Origin: Candidatus Odinarchaeota archaeon
Lineage (GTDB): Archaea; Asgardarchaeota; Odinarchaeia; Odinarchaeales; Odinarchaeaceae
NCBI GenBank assembly: GCA_038826135.1
Contig: JAWBON010000001.1
Location: 1-54,811 of the forward strand
Direction: 5' to 3'
Length of the DNA: 54,811 nucleotides
This document shows, piece by piece, positions 17,759 to 27,848 of this stretch (positions are counted from its first letter, which is position 1; every line of letters starts with the position of its first letter). Position numbers and translations under genes: made by a program. The notes below the pieces were generated by a model that was not told the DNA's origin, did not search any database, and saw only the letters and a list, made by a program, of their open reading frames with translations.

Positions 17759-18809
17759 CACGGTTAAACTATCTTTTCTGAACGCTAAGATAAGAGGGCT
17801 GAAATCTAAGCTTTTAAGCACTGAAGAATTTAATTCACTGGTAGGCAGCAAAACATTGCAAGCGATGATCAGAATACTAAGCTATACAGATTACTCCAGG
17901 TATATAACTAAACAGGCTAGCATGGAGCTTTCTGAACGGGATGTTGACAACTTGTTAAATAAAGCGTTCATCGACGCGATTGAAAGCATCAGAACCGTGT
18001 CCCCGCCTGAAATTAGATCTTTAATGACTGTTGTTAGATCAAAATATGAAGCAGCCGCTCTTAAAACCCTGCTTAGATTAAAGTACAGTGGTGAACCTCT
18101 TCAAAAAGCGTTGATGTACGTTATACCTATAGGCATCTTCTCCGAGAAAACAGTATCCGATCTGCTATCGAAAGGAACGTTGAAAGCTATGATTGAAGCC
18201 ATCCCGGATGAAGGTTACAGAGCGGTTTTAACCAGTGCGTGGCGGGATTTTGAACGTGAAAAAATTCTATTACCCCTCGAACTCTCACTCGACTATTATA
18301 CGTTCACTAGAATGTTGAATTCGGCCAGAAGGATCCTAACACCGGAAGATTATTTATCAATATATAATTATATGGGGCGTACGATAGACGTCACCAATAT
18401 AAATATAATTCTTCGAGGTAAAGTCTTTAACTTAAACCCTGTTGAAATACAGAAAATGATAGTTAGAGAAGGAAGATATATTAAAAAAGACAGTCTTTTA
18501 GCAGCTATTAGATCTAGAAATATTGAAGAAGCTATTAAGAATCTTATGATACCCCCCTTCGACTACTATCTATCTATAGGGTGGAAAAAATATCAGGCTA
18601 AAAAAGAGTTTTATTTAATTGAAAACATGCTGGAAAAAAGCATTTACGATAAAGCTAAACTTATATTAGGAACATATCCTTTCCAGATTCAGATGCCTCT
18701 TGCATTCGTAGATTTGAAATTCTATGAGGTGAATAGTATTAAAATCGTTCTAGTAGCTTTACTGGAGGGGATACCCCCGTCGACAATAAGAGAGTACCTA
18801 ATATACTAA
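17751..18809 (+). CDS. atpC: A/V-type ATPase subunit C (eukaryotic d-like)
   Basis: 352 aa, GTG start. N-terminus LSFLNAKIRGLKSKLLS and an all-helical AC39-type pattern. It lies between atpI and atpK. Confidence 0.8.
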   Translation: MFNTVKLSFLNAKIRGLKSKLLSTEEFNSLVGSKTLQAMIRILSYTDYSRYITKQASMELSERDVDNLLNKAFIDAIESIRTVSPPEIRSLMTVVRSKYEAAALKTLLRLKYSGEPLQKALMYVIPIGIFSEKTVSDLLSKGTLKAMIEAIPDEGYRAVLTSAWRDFEREKILLPLELSLDYYTFTRMLNSARRILTPEDYLSIYNYMGRTIDVTNINIILRGKVFNLNPVEIQKMIVREGRYIKKDSLLAAIRSRNIEEAIKNLMIPPFDYYLSIGWKKYQAKKEFYLIENMLEKSIYDKAKLILGTYPFQIQMPLAFVDLKFYEVNSIKIVLVALLEGIPPSTIREYLIY

Positions 18810-18878
18810 TTGCAAAATATTTAAATACACCATCAAGATAACAAGGCTTGTAAAACCGCTGAACCAGGAGGATATAAA

Positions 18879-19187
18879 GTGAAGAAAAGCACACTATTAG
18901 TTATTGTTACATTGATTATTATGATCTCTGTTGCTGTTCAAGCCTTATCGTTTGTAGCCGCCTTCCAGGAGGGGAATATAACAGACGCCTATAAGTTTTT
19001 GGGGGCTGGTCTTTCAATAGGTTTAGCTGGTTTAGGTGCAGGTATAGGGCTTGGAATAGCTGGAGCAGCCGCTATCGGCGCATCTACAGAGAAACCTGAG
19101 ATGCTTGGTAAAAGCATCATCTTCGTTGTTTTAACAGAGGCTATAGCAATATATGGTCTACTGATATCATTCCTACTGCTAGCTTAA
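18879..19187 (+). CDS. atpK: A/V-type ATPase proteolipid subunit K (c-subunit)
   Basis: 102 aa. GLAGLGAGIGLGIAGAAAIGA glycine zipper, plus the ion-binding Glu in VVLTEAIAIYGLLISFLL. Confidence 0.9.
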   Translation: MKKSTLLVIVTLIIMISVAVQALSFVAAFQEGNITDAYKFLGAGLSIGLAGLGAGIGLGIAGAAAIGASTEKPEMLGKSIIFVVLTEAIAIYGLLISFLLLA

Positions 19188-19248
19188 CAAATATACTATA
19201 CTATTTTTGAAACCCTATTTTTAATTATTATTTCAAAATATTTTTACG

Positions 19249-20340
19249 GTGAAATTGTTGAAGGTTATAATTCCCGCAGGCGGGTTTGGAACCAGGCTTA
19301 GACCTTTAACATATACTCGGCCTAAGTCTCTGCTACCAATATATAATACTACAATACTGGGTTTCATACTAGACCATTTATCAAATTTTAAGGTCATTGA
19401 TGAAGTTATTATAGCAGCTAATAAAGAATTCCGCCAGATTGAATCAGTCTTCAAAAACAGCTACAAGGGGTTGAAAATAAAATATGTATGGGAAGAGAAG
19501 CGGATGGGGGGTGTTGCCTGTATTAAAAACGCTTCTAAAAATATTGAGGAAGATTTCTTAGTGTTTCTGGGGGATAATCTATCAGACGTTAACATAACAG
19601 AGTTTACAGCGTTTCATAAGAGAAAAGAATCAGACGCATCAATCATGCTTGTAAAATCAAAAACACCATGGTTGTACGGTGTTCCTGTCATTGATGAAAA
19701 CGATTACATAACATCTCTAATAGAGAAGCCTAAAAATATAGAGTGCAAGGAGGCTTATATTGCGACTGGAATATACATTTTTAAAAAAGACGCTCTGGAA
19801 TCTGTTGATGAAAAACAGTTCATAGATCACACAGGTGAAATATTCCCGATAATACTAACAGCTGGTAAAAAGGTTTCAGGATTTAAAACATCTTTCTACT
19901 GGTCTGATATAGGCGACTTTAAAAACTACTTAGAAACTAACAGGTGGGTTTTAGAAAATAAGAGGGGGAAAATAAAACCTTCTTCAAATAATATAGACGG
20001 CCTCTCATACACAGCTTCACCCTCTATAGCGGATAACAGTTGCGTGGAATCCTCTATTATTCTCAAAGGGGCTGTTGTTAAAGGTAAATGTAGAATAATA
20101 AATAGTATGATATACGAGAATACGATTATAGGCGAAGAGGCCTCGATAATTAATTCAATAATAGCTGAAAACACCGTCGTCGAAGAGCAGGTTAGCGTTG
20201 AGAACAGTATTATAGGCGCTAACACTTTAATAAAAGCTAATTCAAACATTAAAGATGCTAAAATATGGCCTAGGATGATAATCGAAACAGGCGGAATCGT
20301 TAAAGGAACTATTCAACACGATTACCTGCCGTTGAAATAA
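19249..20340 (+). CDS. sugar-1-phosphate nucleotidyltransferase with C-terminal left-handed beta-helix
   Basis: 363 aa. IIPAGGFGTRLRPLTYTRPKSLLP signature. The C-terminal part has hexapeptide-like I/V repeats (SSIILKGAVVKGKCRIINSMIYENTIIGEEASIINSII...). Confidence 0.8.
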   Translation: MKLLKVIIPAGGFGTRLRPLTYTRPKSLLPIYNTTILGFILDHLSNFKVIDEVIIAANKEFRQIESVFKNSYKGLKIKYVWEEKRMGGVACIKNASKNIEEDFLVFLGDNLSDVNITEFTAFHKRKESDASIMLVKSKTPWLYGVPVIDENDYITSLIEKPKNIECKEAYIATGIYIFKKDALESVDEKQFIDHTGEIFPIILTAGKKVSGFKTSFYWSDIGDFKNYLETNRWVLENKRGKIKPSSNNIDGLSYTASPSIADNSCVESSIILKGAVVKGKCRIINSMIYENTIIGEEASIINSIIAENTVVEEQVSVENSIIGANTLIKANSNIKDAKIWPRMIIETGGIVKGTIQHDYLPLK

Positions 20341-20341
20341 A

Positions 20342-21118
20342 CTAGCATGTTTTCCGCGCGAAGCTCATATACCCGGTATGACCGATCATCAGAGTAGCCG
20401 GTCTAGTTTTATCCTCTCTGACCATAATCTCTCTCAATATGCACTCAAAAGTTTTAATGTCTTTAAACCCTATTTTCTCCATAACATAAACCGCTTTCTG
20501 AGTCTGCTCTATTGTCGGTGAATAATTCACTAATATACCGCTTCCTCTAAGAGATGAATAAGCCTTCTCCACAACAAGCCATGGGGTAGCTAAATCCAGA
20601 ATGATAATATCCAAATCCTTCTCCATAAAACCTTCACAGACATCATGTTTTTTAAGTTCAACATAGTCGGAGAGCCCGTATTCGCTGAGATTTCTACCCG
20701 CCGCTTTAAGAGACTCATCTCTAATATCATACCCGTATATTTTACCATGAGGTTTAACAGCGTTAGCTAAATAAACAGTTAAGCCGCCGCTCCCGACACC
20801 CGCCTCAGCAACTCGTTGGCCGTCCCCTATCCCTGTATACGCTAATATTATACCCACGTCTTTAGGGTAAATTATCTGAGTAGACCGCTCCATTTTTAAA
20901 ACCAGATCACTTAAAACAGGTTTAAAAACCGTGTACTCGACACCCAGACTCGTATACCCTTTACACCCATACTCTTTTCCGATTAAATCATCAAATTTTA
21001 TGATACCTCTATGCGTGTGATGTTCTTTACCCTTCTGGACTTTAACAAGCCATCTCTTCTTATAATCTATTGCAAGCAGTACACGATCCCCTTCACCAAT
21101 AATATTCATCAACACCAC
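20342..21118 (-). CDS. trmI: tRNA (adenine-N1)-methyltransferase TrmI/Gcd14 family
   Basis: 258 aa. Has STQIIYPKDVGIIL and the SAM motif VAEAGVGSGGLTVYLA. The architecture is typical of archaeal m1A57/58 methyltransferases. Confidence 0.85.
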   Translation of the reverse strand: MVLMNIIGEGDRVLLAIDYKKRWLVKVQKGKEHHTHRGIIKFDDLIGKEYGCKGYTSLGVEYTVFKPVLSDLVLKMERSTQIIYPKDVGIILAYTGIGDGQRVAEAGVGSGGLTVYLANAVKPHGKIYGYDIRDESLKAAGRNLSEYGLSDYVELKKHDVCEGFMEKDLDIIILDLATPWLVVEKAYSSLRGSGILVNYSPTIEQTQKAVYVMEKIGFKDIKTFECILREIMVREDKTRPATLMIGHTGYMSFARKTC

Positions 21119-21175
21119 CGTTCAAATGGAATTAAATGATAAGGTTTTTAACTTACTATATAATTCTTATCAGCT

Positions 21176-21862
21176 ATGAACTATAAGAGTCTTCTAATAT
21201 GGGATTCTAAAGTTAAATCACAGCATCCTAATCTATCAATATGCGCCTGTATAATAAACAATGTTAAAAACACCGAGCACCCTCCAATCCTGGAAGATAT
21301 TAAACAAACAGTTATTAAAAAAATACATGCTAATTACACGCTTGAAAACATTAAAGATGAATCCACCACTAGAAGATATAGAGATTTTTATTGGAGGTTG
21401 GGCATAGACCCAACTAAGATAAGACCAGCTGGTGAAGCCTTGGTAAGGAGGATCCTGGCAAATAAGCCTTTTCCAAGAATATCCCCCGCAGTTGACGCTT
21501 ATAATCTAGCTTCAGTTGAAACCCTTGTCGCGTTAAGCGGATACGATTATAGTAAAATACTGTTTCCTTTAACTGTGCGCTTAGCCTCGGTTAAAGATGT
21601 ATTTCAGGGAATAGGCATGGATAAAACTGAAAACCTTCAAGGAAACGAGATCGTGGTATGTGATAGGGAGAAAATAATATGTGTTTACCCTTACAGGGAC
21701 TCGGAGCTTAGTAAAATCGACCCGCAAACCAGTAAAATACTTATCTTAGGATATAGTGTACCCGGCCTTGATTTAGATACGATTACTAGAGCCGTTCAAA
21801 AAGCGTGTGAAAACATAAAACTTGTATGCGGTGGTGAAGTAGAGTATATAGAAACACTTTAA
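21176..21862 (+). CDS. B3/B4 tRNA-binding-domain protein (PheRS-beta B3/B4-like)
   Basis: 228 aa. YRDFYWRLGIDPTKIRPAGEALVRRI and VDAYNLASVETLVALSGYD are typical of stand-alone B3/B4 domain proteins. Confidence 0.65.
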   Translation: MNYKSLLIWDSKVKSQHPNLSICACIINNVKNTEHPPILEDIKQTVIKKIHANYTLENIKDESTTRRYRDFYWRLGIDPTKIRPAGEALVRRILANKPFPRISPAVDAYNLASVETLVALSGYDYSKILFPLTVRLASVKDVFQGIGMDKTENLQGNEIVVCDREKIICVYPYRDSELSKIDPQTSKILILGYSVPGLDLDTITRAVQKACENIKLVCGGEVEYIETL

Positions 21863-21910
21863 CCATTGTTTATAAATATATATTATTTAAATATAAGTTA
21901 AGGTGTCTTA

Positions 21911-23428
21911 ATGAACCTCAACGTTAAGATATGTTTCGATGAATCTCATAATGAGGGAGGGCGGCTTAACACAACCTACACTGGTTTAAAAGAGCTGCTT
22001 GAAAAAAACGGGTTTGAATGCGTGTCGTTAACAGATTTCCCCATAACATACGATAAACTAAAAAAATATAATACCCTTGTTATAGCCGGCCCCGACATGT
22101 CTAAGTTCAGACCATCTGAAATAAATGATATTTTAAAATATGTGAGTGATGGCGGGAGTCTTGTTTTAATGTCGGATGCTGGCGGTGACAGCGGGCATAT
22201 GACTAACTTAAACAGAATAGCTCAAACTATAGCCTTCCAGTTTAACGCTGACCAAGTAATCGACCAGAAGTCAAACTTAGGTGTTGAAACCGTGCCGATA
22301 CTTGACCAGATAACGCCTCATGAAATAATGCGTGGTGTAGCCTCCGTCTCCTACAGAGCCGGTTGCAGTATAACAGTTACAGGGGAAGCCCTGATACTTC
22401 TTAAATCCAACCAGACTTCAAACCCTCCTAACGCGCCTATAATAGTGTTAGCTAAACACGGTGAAGGTAAAGTTTTAGGTATTGGAACATACGAGATATT
22501 CAGAGATAGACTACTAGGCGGAATAAACGCGAAATACCATAGCAATCTAGCTTTAAACATATTTCAATACATGTCAGTGTATGGGGAACCGGCTGAGGGG
22601 GAGGGAATAGTAATCGAGGAAATCCATGAGGAGACCAGTCCGTTAATAAAGGAATTAGCTCAAATCAAAGATGCTACGCAAATATCCGGCGAGTCTAAAA
22701 CTCAAGCTGAGAGTAGAATAGAGGAGGCTAAAATAACACCGTTAAAAGAGTCTCCGAAACGTAGAGAGCAGGAAAACCTGCTAAGAGAGTTATCTGAAAA
22801 CGTCACCAGTGTTTCAACCATGATAAAAGAACAGGTTTACAATCTATCAGATCTTCATGAAAAAATAACTGTGGCTGAAAGAGAGCTTGAAAACATAAAC
22901 TCAACTATTAAAAACTACCGTTTAAACGAACTTTATGATAACATAAATAATATTAATACAGCTTTTCAGAAAATCGGTGAGGACACAAACACCCTGCTGA
23001 AAGATATGGATAATTTGAAAAAGCATCTTGAAACTATTAAGTCAACTCAAGATGAATATAATACAACCGCAGCCGAGTTATCTAAAAACATTAAATCCGC
23101 TATAAACACTAGCAGCGATAAATTAATTAAAAACATTGAAGCCGGGTTTAACCGTGTGGGTAAAATAAGTCAAGAGCTGAAAAATCTAATTCCAGAAACT
23201 GTGAGAAACATTTTTCAAACCTATCAATCAGAGTTTCTAAACACCCAGGTGAAGTTGATTGAAGGATTAGAGGAGCGGTTAACTGAAAAAATAAATAAAC
23301 TTTTAACAGAGTTTTCAAAGCTGAAACCAGTAGAGGAGACGGGTAAAACCCCGGTTTCTAAAGAAGCTGAAGCGGCTGCTGAGAAACCTAAGGTTAAGAA
23401 AGCGGTGAAAAAACGAAGCCCTAGTTAA
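21911..23428 (+). CDS. GIFT-domain (GldG/IFT52-like) protein fused to acidic linker, long coiled coil and Lys-rich tail
   Basis: 505 aa. Residues 1 to about 215 carry FDESHNE, LVIAGPDMSKFRPSEINDILKYVSDGGSLVLMSDAGGDSGHMTNLN, FNADQV, and GEGKVLGIGTYEIFRDRLL...ALNIFQYM. The order matches the IFT52/GldG GIFT-domain pattern as I remember it. Confidence 0.6.
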   Translation: MNLNVKICFDESHNEGGRLNTTYTGLKELLEKNGFECVSLTDFPITYDKLKKYNTLVIAGPDMSKFRPSEINDILKYVSDGGSLVLMSDAGGDSGHMTNLNRIAQTIAFQFNADQVIDQKSNLGVETVPILDQITPHEIMRGVASVSYRAGCSITVTGEALILLKSNQTSNPPNAPIIVLAKHGEGKVLGIGTYEIFRDRLLGGINAKYHSNLALNIFQYMSVYGEPAEGEGIVIEEIHEETSPLIKELAQIKDATQISGESKTQAESRIEEAKITPLKESPKRREQENLLRELSENVTSVSTMIKEQVYNLSDLHEKITVAERELENINSTIKNYRLNELYDNINNINTAFQKIGEDTNTLLKDMDNLKKHLETIKSTQDEYNTTAAELSKNIKSAINTSSDKLIKNIEAGFNRVGKISQELKNLIPETVRNIFQTYQSEFLNTQVKLIEGLEERLTEKINKLLTEFSKLKPVEETGKTPVSKEAEAAAEKPKVKKAVKKRSPS

Positions 23429-23432
23429 ACCC

Positions 23433-24461
23433 TTATATGGAAGCTTCATCGCTTGATTTCAGAAACGCGTAGATAAACGATGAGATAAATATTATTGAAG
23501 TAAACCCTAGACTCCCAGTTAATATGATAATGTTAAACCTGTAAAGCAAGTCCACTACCAGGAACCCTGCTGCGACAAGAACACCGAGAAGTGTCAGATT
23601 ACTGCCAGCCACTCCCAGCTTAAGTTTTACGATTATTAAAAAACCCATTAAAATCAAACTAGCTATATTGACATAATCGATTATATATGGCATATTACCT
23701 AACTGGGGAATCCAGAGATAAGCGAATAAAATAAACAGTGCTAATTCGAATCCTCTTATCCCCCAACCGGAGCCTGAGAAAGCATCACTTAATCTTCTTC
23801 TCGCAATCCAATTATAAACAAACCATACAACCGAACCGATTGTCAGCGAGTTAACAACCCAGATTGAAAAAGCATAGATCAATCCCACTAAACCTTGCCA
23901 AGTATTCAATATCCATAAGCTCAGCGGTAAATAAGCCTGGTAGAAGAAGAAGGATACTAGAACCGGTAAAAATAATATTAGCGAGAAAATAACAGCGGAC
24001 ACCGTTATTAGAACTCTTCGACCGTGAACCCATAACCCCTCCCTGCCAGCAACCAGCTGCCAGCCGAGTACTATTGTAGTGAATATTGACAGGGCTGGTG
24101 AAATAAACGGTAGAATAAAGAACCCCGCCACTGCAACTGCGTTAATACCGTAAAACAATAAGTATCTTAACGGAACAATTGATACCCTCTCACTCCATAC
24201 ACTGAACATATTCGATAATCTATTCTTAAAAATATGTATTAAAATCAGCCATGGAGAGGATAAAATAATAGGGGTTATAATGAAATTGAAAAACATATTT
24301 AAATAAATGTTAGGCATAAGCGTGAATGATAAAGCTTGGATATCGCTGGAAACTATTAGAAGAGTGAAATACACGGGGATAAATAAGGCTGCTAAAAATA
24401 TCAGTAACCTGTTTAATAGAAAACCCTTTATGTAATAAGGCACTTTAATCTCACTCTTCAT
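23433..24461 (-). CDS. polytopic membrane protein, unknown function
   Basis: 342 aa with about 9-10 hydrophobic helices. No motif recognised. Confidence 0.55.
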   Translation of the reverse strand: MKSEIKVPYYIKGFLLNRLLIFLAALFIPVYFTLLIVSSDIQALSFTLMPNIYLNMFFNFIITPIILSSPWLILIHIFKNRLSNMFSVWSERVSIVPLRYLLFYGINAVAVAGFFILPFISPALSIFTTIVLGWQLVAGREGLWVHGRRVLITVSAVIFSLILFLPVLVSFFFYQAYLPLSLWILNTWQGLVGLIYAFSIWVVNSLTIGSVVWFVYNWIARRRLSDAFSGSGWGIRGFELALFILFAYLWIPQLGNMPYIIDYVNIASLILMGFLIIVKLKLGVAGSNLTLLGVLVAAGFLVVDLLYRFNIIILTGSLGFTSIIFISSFIYAFLKSSDEASI

Positions 24462-24636
24462 TTAATATATTAAGAGTAATATCCGCCTCTTATACAATAA
24501 AAATATAACTATTTAGTTAACCATTCAAATTATTATAGTAAAAGATGTTGAATACAAGTTTATCGCTAACTTATTATATATTTTTAAAATAACTTTTAAA
24601 GCGAATCAGACTATTATACTCTGAAGAGGTTTTTAA

Positions 24637-25437
24637 ATGCCGAGCAGGTTTATTAGTAAACTTCAGAAAAGCTCTAAGGATAATGACTCGAAGATAATAC
24701 TTGCACTGGATATCAGTTCAGAGTTAAAACTAAGCGAAAGAGTGAATTGGGATTCAGGGAAAAGAAAATTGTTTAAACAAGCCGCGGATGTTATCAATAA
24801 GATAGGGGATAAGATCGCAGGGGTTAAAATAAATAATCAGTTGATACTACCATTAGGGCTTTACGAGCTTATACCTGAAATTATTGATGTGATCAACTCT
24901 TGGCAGCTGCCTGTAATCGCTGATATTAAGATTAATGATGTAGGTCACACTAATGAATGGATCGCCAGACATTTTATGAACGCTGGCTTTGACGCTTTAA
25001 TAGCTAATCCCTTCGTAGGCTGGACTGGTGGTTTAGATAAGGTTTTCGAAACAGTTAAAAACTATAATGGCGGTGTAATACTACTGGTTTACATGTCCCA
25101 TCCAGGGGCTTCTGAAGGATTTAATCAAATTGTAATCGACTCTAGGACAGGTTTACAAAAACCTCAGTATATTCTCTTCGCTGAAAAAGCTGGTAAGTGG
25201 GGTGCTGACGGAGTTATAGTGGGGGCTACATCCCCGGATATTATTAGAAAAGTTCGCAGTGTGTTAGATGAGAATATCCTGATTCTCTCCCCCGGCGTCG
25301 GAGTGCAGGGTGGGGAAGGCGGGGAAGCTATTCGAGCCGGGGCCTCTTATATTATAATAGGCCGCTCACTCTTTGAATCAGGGGACCCTGTTCTCAAAAT
25401 CAACGATTTTAATAAACGTGTAAAAAGTGTTGAATGA
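24637..25437 (+). CDS. pyrF: orotidine-5'-phosphate decarboxylase
   Basis: 266 aa. Has KIILALDIS, IADIKINDVGHTN (the DxKxxDI-type motif) and LSPGVGVQGG. Confidence 0.8.
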   Translation: MPSRFISKLQKSSKDNDSKIILALDISSELKLSERVNWDSGKRKLFKQAADVINKIGDKIAGVKINNQLILPLGLYELIPEIIDVINSWQLPVIADIKINDVGHTNEWIARHFMNAGFDALIANPFVGWTGGLDKVFETVKNYNGGVILLVYMSHPGASEGFNQIVIDSRTGLQKPQYILFAEKAGKWGADGVIVGATSPDIIRKVRSVLDENILILSPGVGVQGGEGGEAIRAGASYIIIGRSLFESGDPVLKINDFNKRVKSVE

Positions 25438-25446
25438 GAATTTCAC

Positions 25447-26343
25447 TCACAAGCTTTCACAAGGCTTTCTAGTAATATAGTTCATAACGGTGACAGCTAC
25501 CACTATAATAATAACCCCGATTATTCGGAACAAAGAGTAGGGTAGCAAAAACACTCCGCTGAATAATAGAATTATCTCTTCGCCGAATATGATAATAGAA
25601 ATTATAACCGGGATAATTATTGAAAGCGCGTTAATTAAAGGTATAGATATGCATGCTCTACCCTGCGATAACGCTGTCTGTTTCAGTATGAATCCGAAAA
25701 CTGTGAACAGCGCTAGACTCCAAAAAATAGGGCTCATAAAAAAATATAGTATTTTATCAGGGAAAGGTGTGGATGAGAAACCTTGGATACTCAGCCATTT
25801 AGTGAATACTTCCGCGATCCCGTAGGCTAATCCCGCGCTTAAAGAAATAGCATATTCCCCTCTAGTACCAGTGAATTTAAACAAGTTTAAGACAACTATC
25901 GCCAGTGATAGTAAAACTACTAATCCTATTAAAAAAGCTTCATTGATTACAGTCACCCCTGTGACTCTAGAATCATAGCTGAGTAATATAACACCTAAAA
26001 TAATTAAGCTGATAAAAAATGTCTCATGCTTTCTAAGCTTCTCTTTTAGAAAAACTAAGCTGAGAACAATTATTACCACTAAGTTAAGATTTATAATCGG
26101 TTTAACAACTATAAGATCTCCGAGTGAAAGAGCCTCCACGTAAATAAACCATGCTATAACCCCTGTTATCATACCAGCTAGCCAGTAAAGATTTTTTAAA
26201 AGATTCACAACCACTGAGATGAAATTTTTAAAAAACCCTTTCACCGTTAAAACCGTTAACTGGGTTAAACCTTTTTTCTGGAGTACATTACCTAAACCGA
26301 ATAAGATCGCGGATAATACGGCAAGATAAATATACTCCCACAT
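25447..26343 (-). CDS. DMT-superfamily (EamA-like) transporter
   Basis: 298 aa with about 10 TM in two similar halves. N-terminus is LSAILFGLGNVLQKKG. Confidence 0.6.
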   Translation of the reverse strand: MWEYIYLAVLSAILFGLGNVLQKKGLTQLTVLTVKGFFKNFISVVVNLLKNLYWLAGMITGVIAWFIYVEALSLGDLIVVKPIINLNLVVIIVLSLVFLKEKLRKHETFFISLIILGVILLSYDSRVTGVTVINEAFLIGLVVLLSLAIVVLNLFKFTGTRGEYAISLSAGLAYGIAEVFTKWLSIQGFSSTPFPDKILYFFMSPIFWSLALFTVFGFILKQTALSQGRACISIPLINALSIIIPVIISIIIFGEEIILLFSGVFLLPYSLFRIIGVIIIVVAVTVMNYITRKPCESL

Positions 26344-26368
26344 TTTAAATCATTCCATACAACAGCGC

Positions 26369-27139
26369 TCACTGTTCAGCTGCTTTTTTACCCCAGGAAT
26401 AGTTGAAGTATCCTGCTGCCACCTGAGCTAACCCAGCGTGATCCGACCATATTCCTAGAAGAGGCTCATATAATATTATTAGCACTTCCCTCTGATCCAC
26501 TATTACACCTCCCCCGAATAATTGGTCCACTGTTATAACGTCGGAGACTGTTTTTATTTTATCAACTATTTTATCAGCTTCAGATTTAGGTATCACGATA
26601 ACAGTTTTAATACCTTTCAGTTTAGCTGTTTGAACAACGGGGAAAATAATCTCCTGGATGCCGGGTAGGATAAACGGTAATGCTATTAAAATATTTTTCT
26701 CCGCTTTACTTATCATATCTCGTAGTTTAAATAACAGCCTCTCTTCCCCTCTTAAAATCCATATATCCGGTTTTTCAGTCTGGCTTTTCTTCAAATATAT
26801 AGGCTCTAACTCCTCTATCAACTCTTTCTCTAACGAGTCAAGTTCAATTATCTTCCTGTTTTTAAGACTTTTAATCACGTCTGAAGGCGGCTTAGCTGTA
26901 AATTTAACCGGCCTACCAGCCTCCGCTTCAACCCATCTATTCTCCTCTAACTGGTGTAATAAATCGTAAACCTTGCTTTCAGGTACACCGCTTAGAAGAC
27001 TAACCTGTTTAGCTGTTAAACCACCCTGCTGGATAAGGACAAGATATATCTTAGCCTGGTTTGATGTGAGTCCGAATCTCTTTAAATCCTTAAAAATCTT
27101 AGCCTCTAACGGCATTAGAGGTCCTCCTTCGACTAACAA
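26369..27139 (-). CDS. TrmB-family transcription regulator
   Basis: 256 aa. wHTH segment is FGLTSNQAKIYLVLIQQGGLTAKQVSLLSGVPESKVYDLLHQLEENRWVE, followed by a TrmB-type C-terminal domain. Confidence 0.8.
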   Translation of the reverse strand: MLVEGGPLMPLEAKIFKDLKRFGLTSNQAKIYLVLIQQGGLTAKQVSLLSGVPESKVYDLLHQLEENRWVEAEAGRPVKFTAKPPSDVIKSLKNRKIIELDSLEKELIEELEPIYLKKSQTEKPDIWILRGEERLLFKLRDMISKAEKNILIALPFILPGIQEIIFPVVQTAKLKGIKTVIVIPKSEADKIVDKIKTVSDVITVDQLFGGGVIVDQREVLIILYEPLLGIWSDHAGLAQVAAGYFNYSWGKKAAEQ

Positions 27140-27162
27140 TATTAAATAGGATTAATTATTTA

Positions 27163-27178
27163 AATGATTTCAATCATT
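27163..27178. promoter_or_regulatory. palindrome AATGAT-N4-ATCATT in the TrmB/VIT1 divergent intergenic region
   Basis: Read directly at 27163-27168 and 27173-27178. It does not match the known Thermococcales TGM motif, so any function is purely hypothetical. Confidence 0.15.
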
Positions 27179-27221
27179 ATACTTGTAAAGTGTTGCCAGC
27201 TACCTGCTGATAAGCTTAAAG

Positions 27222-27848
27222 TTGTGGGTTCTAATGTCTAGTGAAGAGAATAATAGTGGACGTAAGTCCACGGTTAATAAGTTAAGAGAATATCTTGCTA
27301 TATCCGGTGTCGGTGAAATAGCTAGACGCTACTTTGTTATGAACGCGTTTGACGGTGTTCTGACAACTCTGGGAGTAATAATAGGGGCGTCCTCGACTAG
27401 TTCAATAAACACTTTTTTCATTATCAGCGCGGTTCTAGGCGGAGCTATTGCTATGGCTGTATCCGGTGTATCAGGAGCTTATATGGCTGAGAAAGCGGAG
27501 AGGGAGCGTGAATTCGGTGAGCTTAAAAAAGCATTGATAAGTGATTTGAAAGGCTCTATTCATGAAAAAGCTTTAAAGTTCGCCTCCCTCTATGTGGCGG
27601 TGGTGGATGGAGCGGCGCCTTTCATATCCTCTATTATAGTCTTATCCCCCTTCTTCGTTGCCCATATAGGTTTAATACCGCCTTTAATAGCGTTAATCAT
27701 GTCAATTATAGTAACCACTATCTTCCTTTTCACATTAGGCTCCTACTTGGCTAAAATATCTAAAACTAATATTCTAATTTCAGGATTAAAAATGGTTTTA
27801 GCAGGTGTTATAACAGCGGTAATAATATTTCTGGTAAGTTTACTGTAA
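27222..27848 (+). CDS. VIT1/CCC1-family iron/manganese transporter
   Basis: 208 aa. Has MNAFDGVLTTLGVIIGA, the Glu-rich cytoplasmic helix YMAEKAEREREFGELKKAL, and C-terminal TM helices. Confidence 0.75.
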   Translation: MWVLMSSEENNSGRKSTVNKLREYLAISGVGEIARRYFVMNAFDGVLTTLGVIIGASSTSSINTFFIISAVLGGAIAMAVSGVSGAYMAEKAEREREFGELKKALISDLKGSIHEKALKFASLYVAVVDGAAPFISSIIVLSPFFVAHIGLIPPLIALIMSIIVTTIFLFTLGSYLAKISKTNILISGLKMVLAGVITAVIIFLVSLL

